The notes beneath the pieces are model-generated. The model saw nothing but the letters and a program-made list of their open reading frames with translations. It searched no databases and was not told where the DNA came from. The translations under genes were made by a program, and so were the position numbers. Of a stretch of 64,000 bases of DNA, positions 13,085 to 26,540 are shown in pieces (the stretch's first letter is position 1; every line of letters begins with the position of its first letter). The DNA is from Octopus sinensis. Its lineage: Eukaryota. Location of the stretch: contig NC_043009.1 of assembly GCF_006345805.1 (NCBI RefSeq), positions 10,106,001 through 10,170,000 of the forward strand, given 5' to 3'.

Positions 13085-13265
13085 ATAGTTAATCCAAACA
13101 AGAAAGCAAAAAAAAAAACACAACAACGCGAGGACGTGGAACAAATATAGTATTATTGGACGCTCAGGAAAGAAGGAAAGAAGGAGGGTTTAACGTTTCG
13201 AGCGGAGCTCTTCGTCAGAAACATAGGAGAAGGAAAGAGAAGGGAAGACAGAGGAAAAAAAATCC
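13085..13265 (-). mobile_element. Solo PLE pseudo-LTR fragment
   Basis: Contains a hammerhead motif in a purine-skewed context; family assignment is inference. Confidence 0.6.
13188..13222 (-). ncRNA. Minimal type I hammerhead ribozyme, C3-G8 core with one extra A
   Basis: GTTT-CTGACGA-A-GAGC-tcc-GCTC-GAAA-CG-TT-AAAC; palindromic stem III. Confidence 0.65.
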
Positions 13266-13377
13266 GGTCACATTGAATACTATTCAATGTGATGGTGTAA
13301 AACTATTCGTTTGCTACGGTTAATGATTTTGTGTTAGTATATATATATATAATATATATGTATGTATGTATATATAT

Positions 13378-13559
13378 AGGCGTAGGAGTGGCTATGTGGT
13401 AAGTAGCTTGCTTACGAACCACATGGTTCCGGGTTCAGTCCCACTGCATAGCACCTTTGGCAAGTGTCTTCTACTATAGCTTCGGGCCGACCAAAGCCTT
13501 GCGAGTGGATCTGGTAGACGGAAACTTAAAGAAGCCCGTCGTATATATGTATATATACG

Positions 13560-13628
<69 letters not shown>

Positions 13629-13823
13629 TGTATGTATGTGTGTTTATGTGTTTGTGTGTGTGTGTGTGTTTACGTCCCCGTAACTTAGCAGTTTCGGCAA
13701 AAGAGACGGATAGAATAAGTACTAGGCTTACAAAATAAGTTCTGGCGTCGATTTTCTCGACTAAAATGCGGTGCTCCAGCATGGCCACAATCAAATGACG
13801 GAAACAGGTGAAAGAGTAAAAGT
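13378..13823 (+). mobile_element. SINE family B, full length
   Basis: A-box-like TGGCTATGTGG, B-box-like GGTTCAGTCCC, CORE-like CCTTTGGCAAGT, internal microsatellite and conserved tail. Confidence 0.9.
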
Positions 13824-13906
13824 ATATATATACATGTATGTCTGTATATTTATATATATATAATATATATATATATATTATATATATATATATATATAAT
13901 AAATAA

Positions 13907-14249
13907 ATAAATAAAACATGCATGCATACATACATATATGTACGTACCTACCTCTGCATGTATATATACATGCATATATGGGTACAGGACACAAAAAAAA
14001 AACGTCGAACACAATGAGAAACGAAAACATAACTGAAGAAAGGGAATCTTCCTTGTGTTATTTGTCCTGTACTCTATTTTTTCGTTGTTTAAGAAAAATG
14101 TCCATTTCCTTGGTTTTGTGTCTATGTTTTCGTCTCTCATTGTGTTCGACGTTTGTTTTTGGTGTCCTGTACCCATATATGCATGTATATATACATGTAG
14201 AGGTAGGTATGTACATACATGTATGTATATATGCATATGTTTTATTTAT
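13907..14249. mobile_element. PLE-type pseudo-LTR foldback (~125-bp arms)
   Basis: Arms 13907-14031 and 14123-14249 are reverse complements; arm family matches 977-1073. Confidence 0.7.
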
Positions 14250-14804
14250 CAATTTATTATATGACGGAACGCACATATCCATTTCTAAGAAAGATTGCTC
14301 TTATATATATATATATATATATGTACGTATGTATATATCTGTATATACATATATATATTTTTATACATACATATATAAATATGCATATACAGATATGTAT
14401 ATATATGTATGTACATACATATATGAAGCCTAACTCTGTTCATCTACATTGCTACCTTCGAATCATATTGATTTGGATTTCTCTTATAGCCAATGTAGCT
14501 GTCTTGCCCTGGATGAGGAGATAGCAAAATTTAAGAGGAGATTCGGTTAGAGTTTTTGTTATGACATCATTAATCACATAATTTTATGTTAAAGACTCAT
14601 TTGGAAGTCGAATATTCAGGGATTCATCTGAAGTTCTAAGCAACGGTTAACAGAAATTCCAACTTTTCAGTATGTATGTATGCATGCATGTATGTATGTA
14701 TATGTATGTTGTATGTATGTATGTATGTATGTATGTATGTATGTATGTATGTTGTATGTATGTATGTATGTGTGTGTGTGTTTGTGTGTGTATGTGTCTG
14801 TCTG

Positions 14805-14843
<39 letters not shown>

Positions 14844-14992
14844 GCATAGGATTTGGAGCATCAAATAAACTTTTTGCTGTGTCTGTTTTGGACCTCAGCA
14901 TTCAAAGCTGAAATCTTGCTGAGAGCTGAGATCAATTTACCCTTCATCTTTTCGAAAACGATAAAATACCGGTCAAATATTGGAGTTGATTC

Positions 14993-15291
14993 TTGGCCGA
15001 GTGTTTAGGGCAGCGAACTCGCGGTCGGAGGATCACGGTTTTGTTTCCCAGACCGGAATTTCTGTGTGTTTATTGAGCGAAAATACCTAAAAGCTCCACG
15101 AAGCTCCGGTAGGGAGTGGTGGCGACCCCTGTTGTACTCTTTCGCCACAACTTTCTCTCACTCTCTCTTCCTGTTTCTTGAGTAATGCTGCAATGGACTG
15201 GTGTCCCGTCCAGCTGGGGGGGGGAGACACATACACCACAGAAACCGAGAAACCGGGCCCATAAGCTTGGCTAGGCTTGAAAAGGGTGACG
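14993..15291 (+). mobile_element. tRNA-derived SINE family D (tail type 1)
   Basis: TGGCCGAGTG A-box-like start; body shared with 58281-58580. Confidence 0.75.
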
Positions 15292-16949
15292 TTTTTCTTT
15301 TTAAATCTCTCTCTCATAACTGACGCAAATTATTATAATTGCGTCTATAATTGACGTAAATTATTATATACGAAAAAAAAACACCCAATGGAATACCAAA
15401 AGATATCAATTGTAAGGCAACAAAATTCTATGACAATTACTTGTTAAGAAAATCCTCAAATGGCGTTCAGCTACCTGATGGTACACTATTTCTTTGAGGA
15501 TTTTGTTGAATACTATTCATGTGTAGGGTAGGAGCGATGGTGTAAAACTATTCGTTTGCTACGGTTAATGATTGTGTGTTAGTATTGTTGAAAGAGACAA
15601 TCTTGCTATGTCTTTATTGGAGGATATTTTCAAGATTTGTGGTTATGGAAGTAGTTTAAGTTTGGCGTGAAATATCTAAGTTGCGTCAGGTTGACGCCTT
15701 TATGCAGAAAGTCACGGGGAAGTGTGAGCAGGAGTCTGTGTGGTGAGAACTAACAGCGAGGTTATTAATGAACAAAAGCAAGATTATGGGAGACACAGCC
15801 AAACATGTATTATGAATATGCAAACGTATATAACACACGCGTGGACACGTGTGTCAGTGTGTGCGTGCGTGCGTATGTATCTTTACGCACATAGAAATAT
15901 ATTCAGATAAGTGCCCACTCCTTAATACATTCTCATACGTTATTTCATTCACTGAGAAAGATATACACATTCACATCTACATATCTTCGGATATGTACTC
16001 TCAAACAAACACACATGAATATGCAGGCACACACATATGCATATATAGTTACTTCACAGACAAACAAGAATTCGCAGGTATGTGTACTTATCCACAGCGC
16101 TTCATGCATACGGTCTGTAACATTAGCGCAGATAAAACGCCATTGACACACACGTTTATATACATAATCTACAGATTCCCATTCGTTCAATCACATTCAC
16201 GTATTCACACATTCACCACACAGAGACAAAGGCAGAGAGAGAGAGGGAAGCCGCGCGCATCAAGACGCACACATACCTACGTTGAGACGTGTAACAGCTG
16301 CAATAGAAATGTTTTCAATTTTATGAAAATTCTGTTTCACTATTCAATATTTGAGAACGGTACACATTCTCTGAAATTTAAACCAGTTTCTAGCCAAGTC
16401 ATAACATGCTTAACAAATTCTAGCGATTCAGCCAGAAGCAGCAGTAACTTTTAAATGCTTATATTTATTTATAGAAGATATTCAAGAGAAAATGATAAAA
16501 ATAGAGAAACATTTCTATCTTGTATATATTTGGTTAAATACTTCACCTGTATTTGTGTGTAGACGCTGCAGTCCTTGTTACAATTCTATTGTCAAAAATA
16601 TATTTTGTAAGTCCGTGATGCATATTGAAAACTGATATTTAATGACTGCATTAAAAAAAATAGCTTGAAATGACTGAGAGATGAATATTCCCCTGGACAA
16701 TACAAGACGCCTATTACGGATATTTCTATCTGGTCGCTTTGCCTGCTATAGATATTAGCCTAATCTTCCCCCAAATCTATCAAAACCTTGAATTTTTAAA
16801 ACAAAACTAAGATATTGGATAAAGTAGACTTTTATGTCTAAAAGGAAAGAGAAGACAACCAATCTTTTGATCGTGGATCTGATCTGGAAGTAAACAACAA
16901 CACAAACGTAACGGAAACAGTAATAACAACAAAAGCAGCCGAATCGCAA

Positions 16950-17298
<349 letters not shown>

Positions 17299-17302
17299 TA
17301 TG

Positions 17303-17600
17303 GTGTTGCACGGACGATCGCTAGATCGTGGCTTCGATTCCCGGATAGAGCGGCGCGTTGCCTTTTTGGTCAAACCACTTCATTTTATGATGCTCCTGTC
17401 TACTTAGTTGTAAATAGGTAACCTTGCAACGGACTAGCCTCCCGATCAGGGAGGAACGCTGTCTTGCTCGCCCAGCGGGTAATGATGCCTCCTCACCAAG
17501 CCAGCGGGGTGGAATCATCCAAAAACTGAAACGATGCCATGAGTATTGTGATCAGCGACGCATAACAGTATTCGACAGTCTTGTCGATTACGATCACGTG
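17303..17600 (+). mobile_element. Decayed tRNA-derived SINE (family E)
   Basis: B-box-like GCTTCGATTCCC; tail AGCCAGCGGGGTGG...CAGCGA shared with 58281-58580. Confidence 0.6.
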
Positions 17601-17662
17601 AATATGCAATACAATTTGTTTTTATCGTATACTATTTTCTATTAATGTATACTGGAGGGGGC

Positions 17663-17710
17663 TTCAGCCTGATGAGATACAACGATGTCGAAACACCGGG
17701 TGTTCCAGAA
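17663..17710 (+). ncRNA. Type I hammerhead-like motif, canonical core, decayed stem I
   Basis: CTGATGA-GATA-caacga-TGTC-GAAA-CAC-cgg-GTG-TT; stem I TTCAGC/CCAGAA has two mismatches. Confidence 0.5.
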
Positions 17711-18229
17711 TCGCTTGTGCTAATGAACTGATTGTGTTGTGAACACATATTCATCGTAAAATAGAAGCTGTTTTCCTGTGATGTACAATCAGATATATGA
17801 ATGTGTATATGTGCCAATGTTGCTTAATTATCGAGAATAAGAACTGTATTAAAAAGCACAATGGGTTGGTGGGACCTTTAAAGCCCCAAACGAAATGCTT
17901 TACTGTATTTAGTAAAGTTTCATCAATTTCTAAATTCAAATTCAACAAGGGAAAACTTTACCTTTAATCTTTCCGGATCGGAAACAAGTATCAGTGAGGT
18001 GTTATAGTCAATATGATGGACTTTAGTCATTCCTCAGAACCAAAGGCTTGTGACCATATTTAAAATTAATAGGAATTATATTGTTTATAATAGACTGGTG
18101 CCCTATTTGGAAGCTAACCTTGTATATAATTCACTTAACGCTATTTAACTCCTTAGAACTTAGAAAACATTTATGTTTCGCTTTAATGTTATTTCATTTT
18201 ATCCATATATTTCTGTTGTTACCAGATGT

Positions 18230-18950
18230 TTTCTGTTATCTTCCATCTTAAACTAATCTTCATTTTCATTTTTTTCAAAATATTTCTCTCATCATTCGTT
18301 ACTTCAATTCACCACCATCAATTATTGCCTATTAATAGTTTCTATTTTGATATTGTCAGCCATTAATGTATTTCTATTATATTAAATGTTAATGTCGGCT
18401 ATTAGTCTGTATCTGTTTGATACTCTATGTATTTATTATCATTCACTTGTCTATCGAGTCAGGCACCAATTTTGAAAATACTACATCTTAATTTGAATTA
18501 TATACTATTTTCTGTTTTGTTTACCATTTTTCAGTCATTATATAGTATTTTCATGTTGACGTCGGTTTTTTTAGAATTTTTAGTTGCCGTCCAATTATAT
18601 AATTTTATCGCCGTACATTTCTTAATACTATCTCTCACTTTCTTTCCTCGCTTGTTACTTCCTGTTAAAAACCTTGATGTCTCACCTCTCCAACTTTTGA
18701 TTCTTTAAAGAACGTTCATCTCCATTCACTGATGTATTTTAATTCGTGTTCAGTTTTGAAAGTTTATCCACTGATTGTTGGAAATAATGTACTTTATAGT
18801 CGCCCAAGAGACATCACTCGGTTTTGTAAGCATCCCTAGTCAGCCATGTTTGATAGTGACAAGAATAGCAAAGAAATCCCAGCTGACTTTTTCGATCACC
18901 TTAATCAGAATCCACCTCAAAATTGAGAGATTTATTTCTTTAAGACAAGG
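18230..18950 (-). mobile_element. Heavily decayed RTE-like LINE remnant
   Basis: Faint translated similarity (..NQKLER.DI..) interrupted by many stops. Confidence 0.3.
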
Positions 18951-19414
18951 AGGACAAAGTAGTAGAAGACCAAAATATCAACTTGAACAGCAACAACAAT
19001 AACATAACCAAAAATAACAACGAGGAAGACGATTACAATAATGGAGGTGATGATGATGACGACGATACATAGATAGAAGAGAGAGCAAGAGCAAGAAACA
19101 GTGGTAAAAAGATATGATGTCTTTTCTCACCAGCAGCTTCTTTCTCTAGTACACTATGTTTTAACCTGTCACACACACATGACATGGTATCATCTCTTTT
19201 TCTTGTCTTTATTTTTGAAATTTCATTTTATTTTTTGTCTTTTTTTTTCTTCTTTATCTTCAATATTGGTATTTTAAACTTCATCTTCTATGTGTGCAAC
19301 TGGGAGCGTAAATTCCGAACGCGACAGAATCATAATAGTTGCGTGTGGTAGCGAATACACGCGCGTACGATAACACATACAGAACCACACACACACCACA
19401 AACACGCATAGACA

Positions 19415-19460
<46 letters not shown>

Positions 19461-20090
19461 AAAAACAAAAGCATAGACACACGCATACACATATACATGT
19501 CTATTTATGAGTTTATATACGATTATATTCTTACGTATACACTTGAGTATAAATTGATAAATATATTAATAAGTATGCATGTGTGTATATATATATATAT
19601 ATGTGTGTGTATATATGTATATATATATATATATATACAAACATACGCATATATATACATAGATATATACACACACATATATATATATATACGTACATAC
19701 ATACATACATACATATATACATACGTACACACACACATACACACACATATATATATTCATGCACATATATACATAGGCGTGTGTATCTACGAACGGATAG
19801 ATATATTTGTATGAAGGTACGTGTCTGTGCGTGGCTTGTGCTTGCGTATACGTGTATACACACTCACATATACATCTATGCATATAGATATACACTCATT
19901 TGTATACAAATATGATATACATACATACATACACATATACATACATATACACACACACACACACATATATATATATATGCGTGTGTAGTGTGTATCCACA
20001 TTCACACGTTCGTATGATTGTATGTGTTTCTAAGTTCATAACAGCTTACGAAAACAAAATAATGAAATAATAACAATAATATATATATTA

Positions 20091-20145
<55 letters not shown>

Positions 20146-20167
20146 ATTATATATATATATATATATG

Positions 20168-20220
<53 letters not shown>

Positions 20221-20235
20221 ATATATATATATATG

Positions 20236-20269
<34 letters not shown>

Positions 20270-20747
20270 ATGTTATGCTGTCTAAATAAGATGTTATGAG
20301 ATATGGAAATCTGAGAGAAGGATACGGGAAAAGAAAGAAATCGGCTGCTATGGAAAGGAAAACACCAAACACTCACCAGGAATAAATTCCACAAAAGAAA
20401 TATCATGTAATTTTTAGTGATTTGTCTCAAGTTTTTTTTCCTGAATAAACGCAATGAAATTATTTCTTTTGCGCCTCTGGTGAGAAGTGTGGAATAGATA
20501 AATATTCAATAAAAAGCGTTTATCAATGTTAAATTCTAACGCATTGACGCAGTAATGTTGTCAATGATATAAATTATATATGTATATATATATATATGTG
20601 TGTGTGTGTGTATGTGTGTATGTATGTATATATAAAATATATATATATGTGTATATGTATACATATAAGTATACATATACAGACACATGCACACAGACAC
20701 ACACACTAACATATAAATACGTATTTATATGTATGTACGTACGTATG

Positions 20748-20779
<32 letters not shown>

Positions 20780-22049
20780 ATGGAACGAAAATTGCTAAGC
20801 TAATACAACTGTTGATAATATAGAGAAACAACAACAAAAAAAAAGCCAGAAAAAAGACAAATAACTGACTGGATGAATATTATAAATAGTTAAATAAATA
20901 AATGAAAGAATTAATAAATAAATGAATAAAGTAATAAAAACAAAGGATAAATAAATAAAACCTTTTTACTTGAAATCAGATATTTCAGTTTAAAACATTC
21001 AATTAATAATACATTGAACCAATTTTCTAAAGATAAGAAAAATCAGAAAAATCCCTGTTAGGTATCGTGTCTGTTTTTATTTTTTCATTGTTGAATTCAT
21101 CATATTAATAGTTTAGCTTTCGGGCAAAGCTGAAGCCGTAAAGATACTCAAACGCTGAACAACTAACTGTGTTTTATAGGCTGCCAATTCACGAAAAAGC
21201 TGTTAAAATTATAATCGACTAATTAGGTGCAGATAAGTAGAGATATATTTAAAATATTCTAATAGATGTGATGTGGAAAAACCGGAATAATATAAATAAA
21301 AATGTCTGAAATAGGGATTAAAACATGCAAAGAGATTGAATATATTGAAATATTTGGTGATGAGCAATAAATAAATAAATAATAATTAAGGCGAGAAAAA
21401 TAAAACGATTTGATGAAAAGCTCTTAGTTTCTGGTTAGAGAAAATTCACTTAATTTCACTACCAATGGACATGTATTAATGCCTTGCAGTCGTATTCTTC
21501 TTCGTGAATATGTCACCCTATGTCAAATTAAGAAATAAATATATATTTGGAAAAGCGAATTAAAAAAATTATTTTGATAAGCAAATTTTAAAATATGTTA
21601 ATTTTTTGGGGGGAAGTGGCAAAGGTTCCCACTTTTTTGAGATTTATGGAATAAAATAGCGCGGCAATCATAATATTCTCACATAAACTAACAATGTAAA
21701 AGAGGCGAAGCCGCATCTCAAATTCAGTTGATAGGAGGAATTTTTTGCCGCTAAATTTACTCAGAGAAACAATAGACTAAATATATTTAATACAATCCAT
21801 TTGGGAAGTGCCTACATAGTTGCTGGATATATTAGAAATAGCAGGCAAATCTCCCCCAAGTCTCATTCAGCCATCCTAAAAAAACGGTAGGACACGTTTT
21901 GTAGTGTAATCTTAGAATATCCTAATCATACGGGATACTCATGGAAGGAATACACATAAATTATAAGCTTGCGCATCAGGATTGATTTGAGGCTAACAAC
22001 AACAGCCAATATTTTTACAGTTACAGAATCCTAGAAGTAATAAATAATA

Positions 22050-22900
22050 AGTTTTGCATCTCGTGCTATTTTAAGATTAGTACCTGCATACAATATTCCA
22101 TCTTCACTTTTCTTTTACTAGTATATATTGTACTTCGCTTAGTCCATCTATTCCTAAGTATTTTTTGTGTGTTTTGTCCCATATCTGTTTTTTCTTATCC
22201 AGCAACATTTAGTTTTTTTTTCTTCTTTAAGCTCCGTGTACAGTCTGCAGCAGCGTTTTTAGTGTGTTATTACCTTCAGCGTACAACTTGAGGTTGCCTA
22301 TACACAAAATATATTGTCTTCCGGTATTGTGTTCCGATATAGTTTCTTTCGGAGTCCAGTCTTGTTTAATATCATAATTAAAGGTGTTAACGTCAAGAAG
22401 GAAAGGAGTAGAGAGAGGGATTGCTTTGTAGCATCTTTATTCTAAAAGATAGAGTAGTGGTTTCTATAATGTCCTCTTTCGTCTGCACCGCCGGAATTGT
22501 TTTGTCGTTTAATCATTATGTAGTTTATGTATCAGCTTGTTATTTGTGCTACTTATTTTTGGATGATGTTTCCAAGATCAGCGTGTGTGGGAAATATGTC
22601 ATGTTCATTCCCTTCTTTCAATTTCTTTTTATCGTAAGTTGTAGCTTTTTTTAACCAGTAATTGGTCTCTTTACAATCATATATGCCTTTCCGACGTTTT
22701 CCACGCCCCTCAAGAAATAATTAGAACAGATTTAGAACTAATGTTTATTTATTCTCTGGAATATTATTGTAGCTCCGATTCGTTAGTCTTGGAGTTTAAG
22801 ATGGTATTTTCTCTTCTGACACAAGTTAGGGGTTGTTTCCGGCTCCATATGTTATTACATATTTTTGGTAGCACTTTTATATGTTCATATTGAATATTTT
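22050..22900 (-). mobile_element. Heavily decayed R4-like RT remnant
   Basis: Minus-strand NLKLYAEGNNTLKTLLQTVHG...KYLGI resembles the DDLKLF..KY.GI region of ORF 41171-41911. Confidence 0.45.
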
Positions 22901-22934
22901 GAACAGGAATTTGGTTATCTTATCATGTCCTTAT

Positions 22935-23169
22935 ACCTATTTCTTTACTACTCACAAGGGGCTAAACACAGAGAGGACAAACAAGGACAGACAAACGGAT
23001 TAAGTCGGTTATATCGATCCCAGTGCGTAACTGGTACTTATTTAATCGACCCCGAAAGGATGAAAGGCAAAGTCGACCTCAGCGGAATTTCAACTCAGAA
23101 CGTAGCGGCAGACGAAATACGGCTATGCATTTCGCCCGGCGTGCTACCGTTTCTGCCAGCTCGCCGCCT
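22935..23169 (-). mobile_element. SINE family A (tail 1)
   Basis: Head GGCGGCGAGCTGGCAGAA, B-box-like GAGTTGAAATTCC, core, tail ending AAAGAAATAGGTAT. Confidence 0.9.
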
Positions 23170-23779
23170 ATATCATGTCCTAATACCGTTTAGTTGTTTT
23201 TGCTGTTGTTGTAATTTTCAACGTCTGGACTATTTCTGTTAGCTTCTCGCGATTGTTCAACAGCTTTGTTTATCATTTTTGAAAACTCTAGCTCTCGACA
23301 AACCCTGCACCGACCTTAGTCCTTCACAGTTGTCTTCTCTTGCTGTTCTTGCTGCATTGATTAATATTTTGTTTTTACGTAGGTTCACGCTAAAGATAAA
23401 TCATTTGGTTTCGAATCTAACTATTTATTTTGTTCAAATAATCGTTGCCATTTTTTCAAACGATCATGTTCTTTGCAATTTAGCGAGGACCATCAATATC
23501 AAGCATTCTCTTCTGAAATTTCTATGTATTTTATGTTACATTTCTATAATATTTGCCTCTCCTTTTATTTTCGGTTTTGCCCCTTCTTTATTGATTTCAT
23601 AAACGAGTAAGATATCTTTGCGCATATTTTTCCCCCTTTTCTGTATGTTTGTGTTCCTTGTTATTTGCTTAGGTTTTCATATTATTCTATGAATTTATTT
23701 ACAGGAATATACACTATCTGTTGCAACAAAAGTACCCAGAACCTATATTATGTTGTTTAAGCCGGTGATTATTATTAAT

Positions 23780-23985
23780 AAGGCAGCGAGCTGGTAAAAT
23801 AGTTAACAACCCGGACAAAATGTTTAGCGGCATTTCTTTAGGGTTTCCGTTCTGAGTTCAAATTTCACCGAGGTCGAATATGCCTTTCATCCTTTCGGGG
23901 TCAATAAATTACTGAAACATTGGGGTCGATGTAATCGACAAGTCCCCTCCCCTCAAATTTCAGGCCTTGCGCCCTCAGTTGAAAT
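23780..23985 (+). mobile_element. SINE family A (tail 2)
   Basis: AAGGCAGCGAGCTGG head, GAGTTCAAATTTC, core, CAAATTTCAGGCCTTG tail. Confidence 0.85.
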
Positions 23986-24011
23986 TATTATTATTATTAT
24001 TATTATTATTA

Positions 24012-24104
<93 letters not shown>

Positions 24105-24637
24105 TGAGTGAGAGAGCAGTGCATGCCATCAAAGTGACACTGGGGTAAAATATACGAAGCTCAGTATACCCATCATGACTACCCGTCTGATAAGTCTACA
24201 CCAGGCACGCGCATCACAACCATATGTGAGCGAAATAGTGATCTCATATCAAGATAAACAGCACATGACCTTGCAGGTGGGGCCCAGTTAGAATTTTCTT
24301 CTGGTCGAGTAGCCCATCCCGCTCAAAAGGTCCCTGACGAAGGGTTGTTTAAGGATGTTGAACAAAACACCCATGTTCCCAAAGGTGAATTATCCAAACC
24401 TCCAAGAATTCCTTTCAATACACGGGTATGATGCCCCCCCACTACTTCTGCTCGTGATCAGAGATGCACATATTGTCAGCCACTAAGGGACATGCTCAAC
24501 TGGTTAAGGTCAAACGACTGACAAGCAAATCTGTGGTATTGAGCAGAATATTTACTGTAGCCCATCTTTTATACCAAGACAAAACAATGTATATGATAAC
24601 ACTTCCAATCAGTTAAGATCAGAAGCCATGAAAGCCA
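24105..24637 (-). mobile_element. Orphan ~530-bp non-coding element ('U') ending in (AAT)n
   Basis: Three related copies in the window (24105, 52560, 54166), all inside AAT/GAT arrays; no ORF. Confidence 0.75.
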
Positions 24638-24638
24638 T

Positions 24639-24679
<41 letters not shown>

Positions 24680-24702
24680 GTTGTTGTTGTTGTTGTCGTC
24701 GT

Positions 24703-24777
<75 letters not shown>

Positions 24778-24790
24778 ATCATTAATATTA

Positions 24791-25750
24791 TTTATTGTCT
24801 TTGCAGAGCTTCTATCGCTGGAGATGTACTACGGTGTCAGCTGTTCACTACCAGTGAACTAAGGTAACACCCCCTATTTTTCGAACACCATCCGGAGTAT
24901 TCGAGCGGTTCCAAGCAATGTTGTTATCTGCAAGTGCTCCACCCTTATTGCAACCCCAATTTGTTCTATGTACTTTTCAAGATTTTTACTCACTGTTCCC
25001 AGGGCTCCGGCAATTACTGGTACCACTACCACCTTTTTCAGCGACCACAACTGCTTAACCTTCAAATCTAACCTGTCGACATTTCTTTCTTCCTTATCGC
25101 ACACCTTGTTGTCACTTGGGAATGCTATATCTATGATCCAGCATCGTTTGCTTTCTTTCTCAATTAACACTATGTCTGGTTTCCTATTCTCTATCTCATG
25201 GTCGCACTGAATCATAAAATCCGATAGGATCTATGCATTATCATTTTCGATGATGCCTTCGGGTTTATGTTCGTACCACTTTTTTGCTCTGTCAAGTCCA
25301 TACTTGTTGCAAAGTGTGCAATGGACAATCCTTGCTATGTTGTCATGACGTGCCTTATATTCTTTCTGGACTAGTGGCGTACATTGATCGGTCATATGCC
25401 ATACGGTTTCTCCAGTTTGTCAACAAATTCTGCACTTATCACTTTCTGATGTGTTGTCTATTCTGTATTTTATGAAATTGGTTCTTAATGCTTGCTTTTG
25501 GGCAGCAGAGAATAGATCCCACGTTTCCGGTTTTAAATCCCTTTTAGTCATCCATTGCCATCTTTTTTCTCTGTCTGTCTTATCTTCAACATCCCTATGA
25601 AATTGACCATGCATTCTTTTCTTTACCCACTTATTTTCATTTGCATTCATTCTCAAATGCTTGTACAGTGCTTTATCTTTGCAATATTTCATCCTATACA
25701 AGTCTGACCTTCTTACTTCTAGTAGTAGCAGTTCTGTGACATTTTTTACA
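24791..25750 (-). mobile_element. R4/Dong-like LINE 3' fragment (CCHC knuckle + restriction-like endonuclease)
   Basis: CRIC..ET..H..C, RKPDI..IIDIAFP and VVPVIAGALG..LLGTARILR, then a short 3'UTR and (AAT)n. Confidence 0.88.
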
Positions 25751-25789
25751 TACCATATTCCGTCCGTTTAATTTCAACTTAAGTATCAG

Positions 25790-26070
25790 TCTCTTGAAGA
25801 AGGTAAAGCTAGTGCCAATTATTGTTGGGTCCTTGCGAACAGTATTAGAAGGCATCAAAGGGAATATAAAGGAAACTGGAATAGAGTGTCCAGTAGCACT
25901 TTTACGAAAGGTTTCTTTCCTTGGCACGGCCAGAATAATCAGGAAAGTTTTAGATAGCTGAAAAGAACGGATGGCATGATACCATAGGCTGCAGGTTATA
26001 AGCCCGCTACGCATGCAAAACCCCGGAAGCTCCATCAAAACCTGCGATAAAGTGACAATAATAATAATAA
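25790..26070 (+). mobile_element. Second R4/Dong-like 3' end
   Basis: Plus-strand LKKVKLVPIIVGSL...FLGTARIIRKVLDS*, a different 3'UTR, then (AAT)n. Confidence 0.8.
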
Positions 26071-26277
26071 CTAAAGGCACAAGGCCTGGAATTTTGGGGG
26101 AGGGGACTAGTCGAATACATCGACTCCACTGTTTCACTGGTACTTTAATTTATCGACCGCGAAAGGATGAAAGGTAAAGTCGACCTCGGCGGAATTAGAA
26201 CTCAGAACGTAGCGATAGACGAAATACCGCTATGCAGTTCGCCCAGCGTGCTAATGATTCTGCAAGCTCACCGCCTT
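26071..26277 (-). mobile_element. SINE family A (left member of an inverted pair)
   Basis: Family-A head at 26277, tail 2. Confidence 0.88.
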
Positions 26278-26338
26278 AATAATATTAATAACAACAACAA
26301 CAACAACAACAATAATAATAATAATTATTATTATCATT

Positions 26339-26540
26339 AAAGTGGCGAGCTGGCAGAAACGTTAGCACGCCGGGCGAAATGCATTGCGGTATTTCGTCTG
26401 CCGTTAAGTTCTGAGTTCAAATTCCTCCGAGGTCGACTTTGCCTTTCATCCTTTCGGGGTCGATTAAATAAGTACCAGTTACGCATTGGGGTCGTTTTAA
26501 TCGACTAGTCCCCTTCTTCCTATTGTGCCTAGAGTGGATA
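26339..26540 (+). mobile_element. SINE family A (right member of an inverted pair)
   Basis: Family-A head at 26339, tail 2. Confidence 0.88.

Noticed and set aside
13378-13450. SINE heads as tRNA genes
   Set aside because: A/B boxes are present, but there is no cloverleaf and they run directly into SINE bodies.
24440-24637. U1 snRNA origin for element U (TGATCACGA, GTAGTGGGGGA)
   Set aside because: Only short words match, with the wrong spacing; an alignment would be needed to support it.
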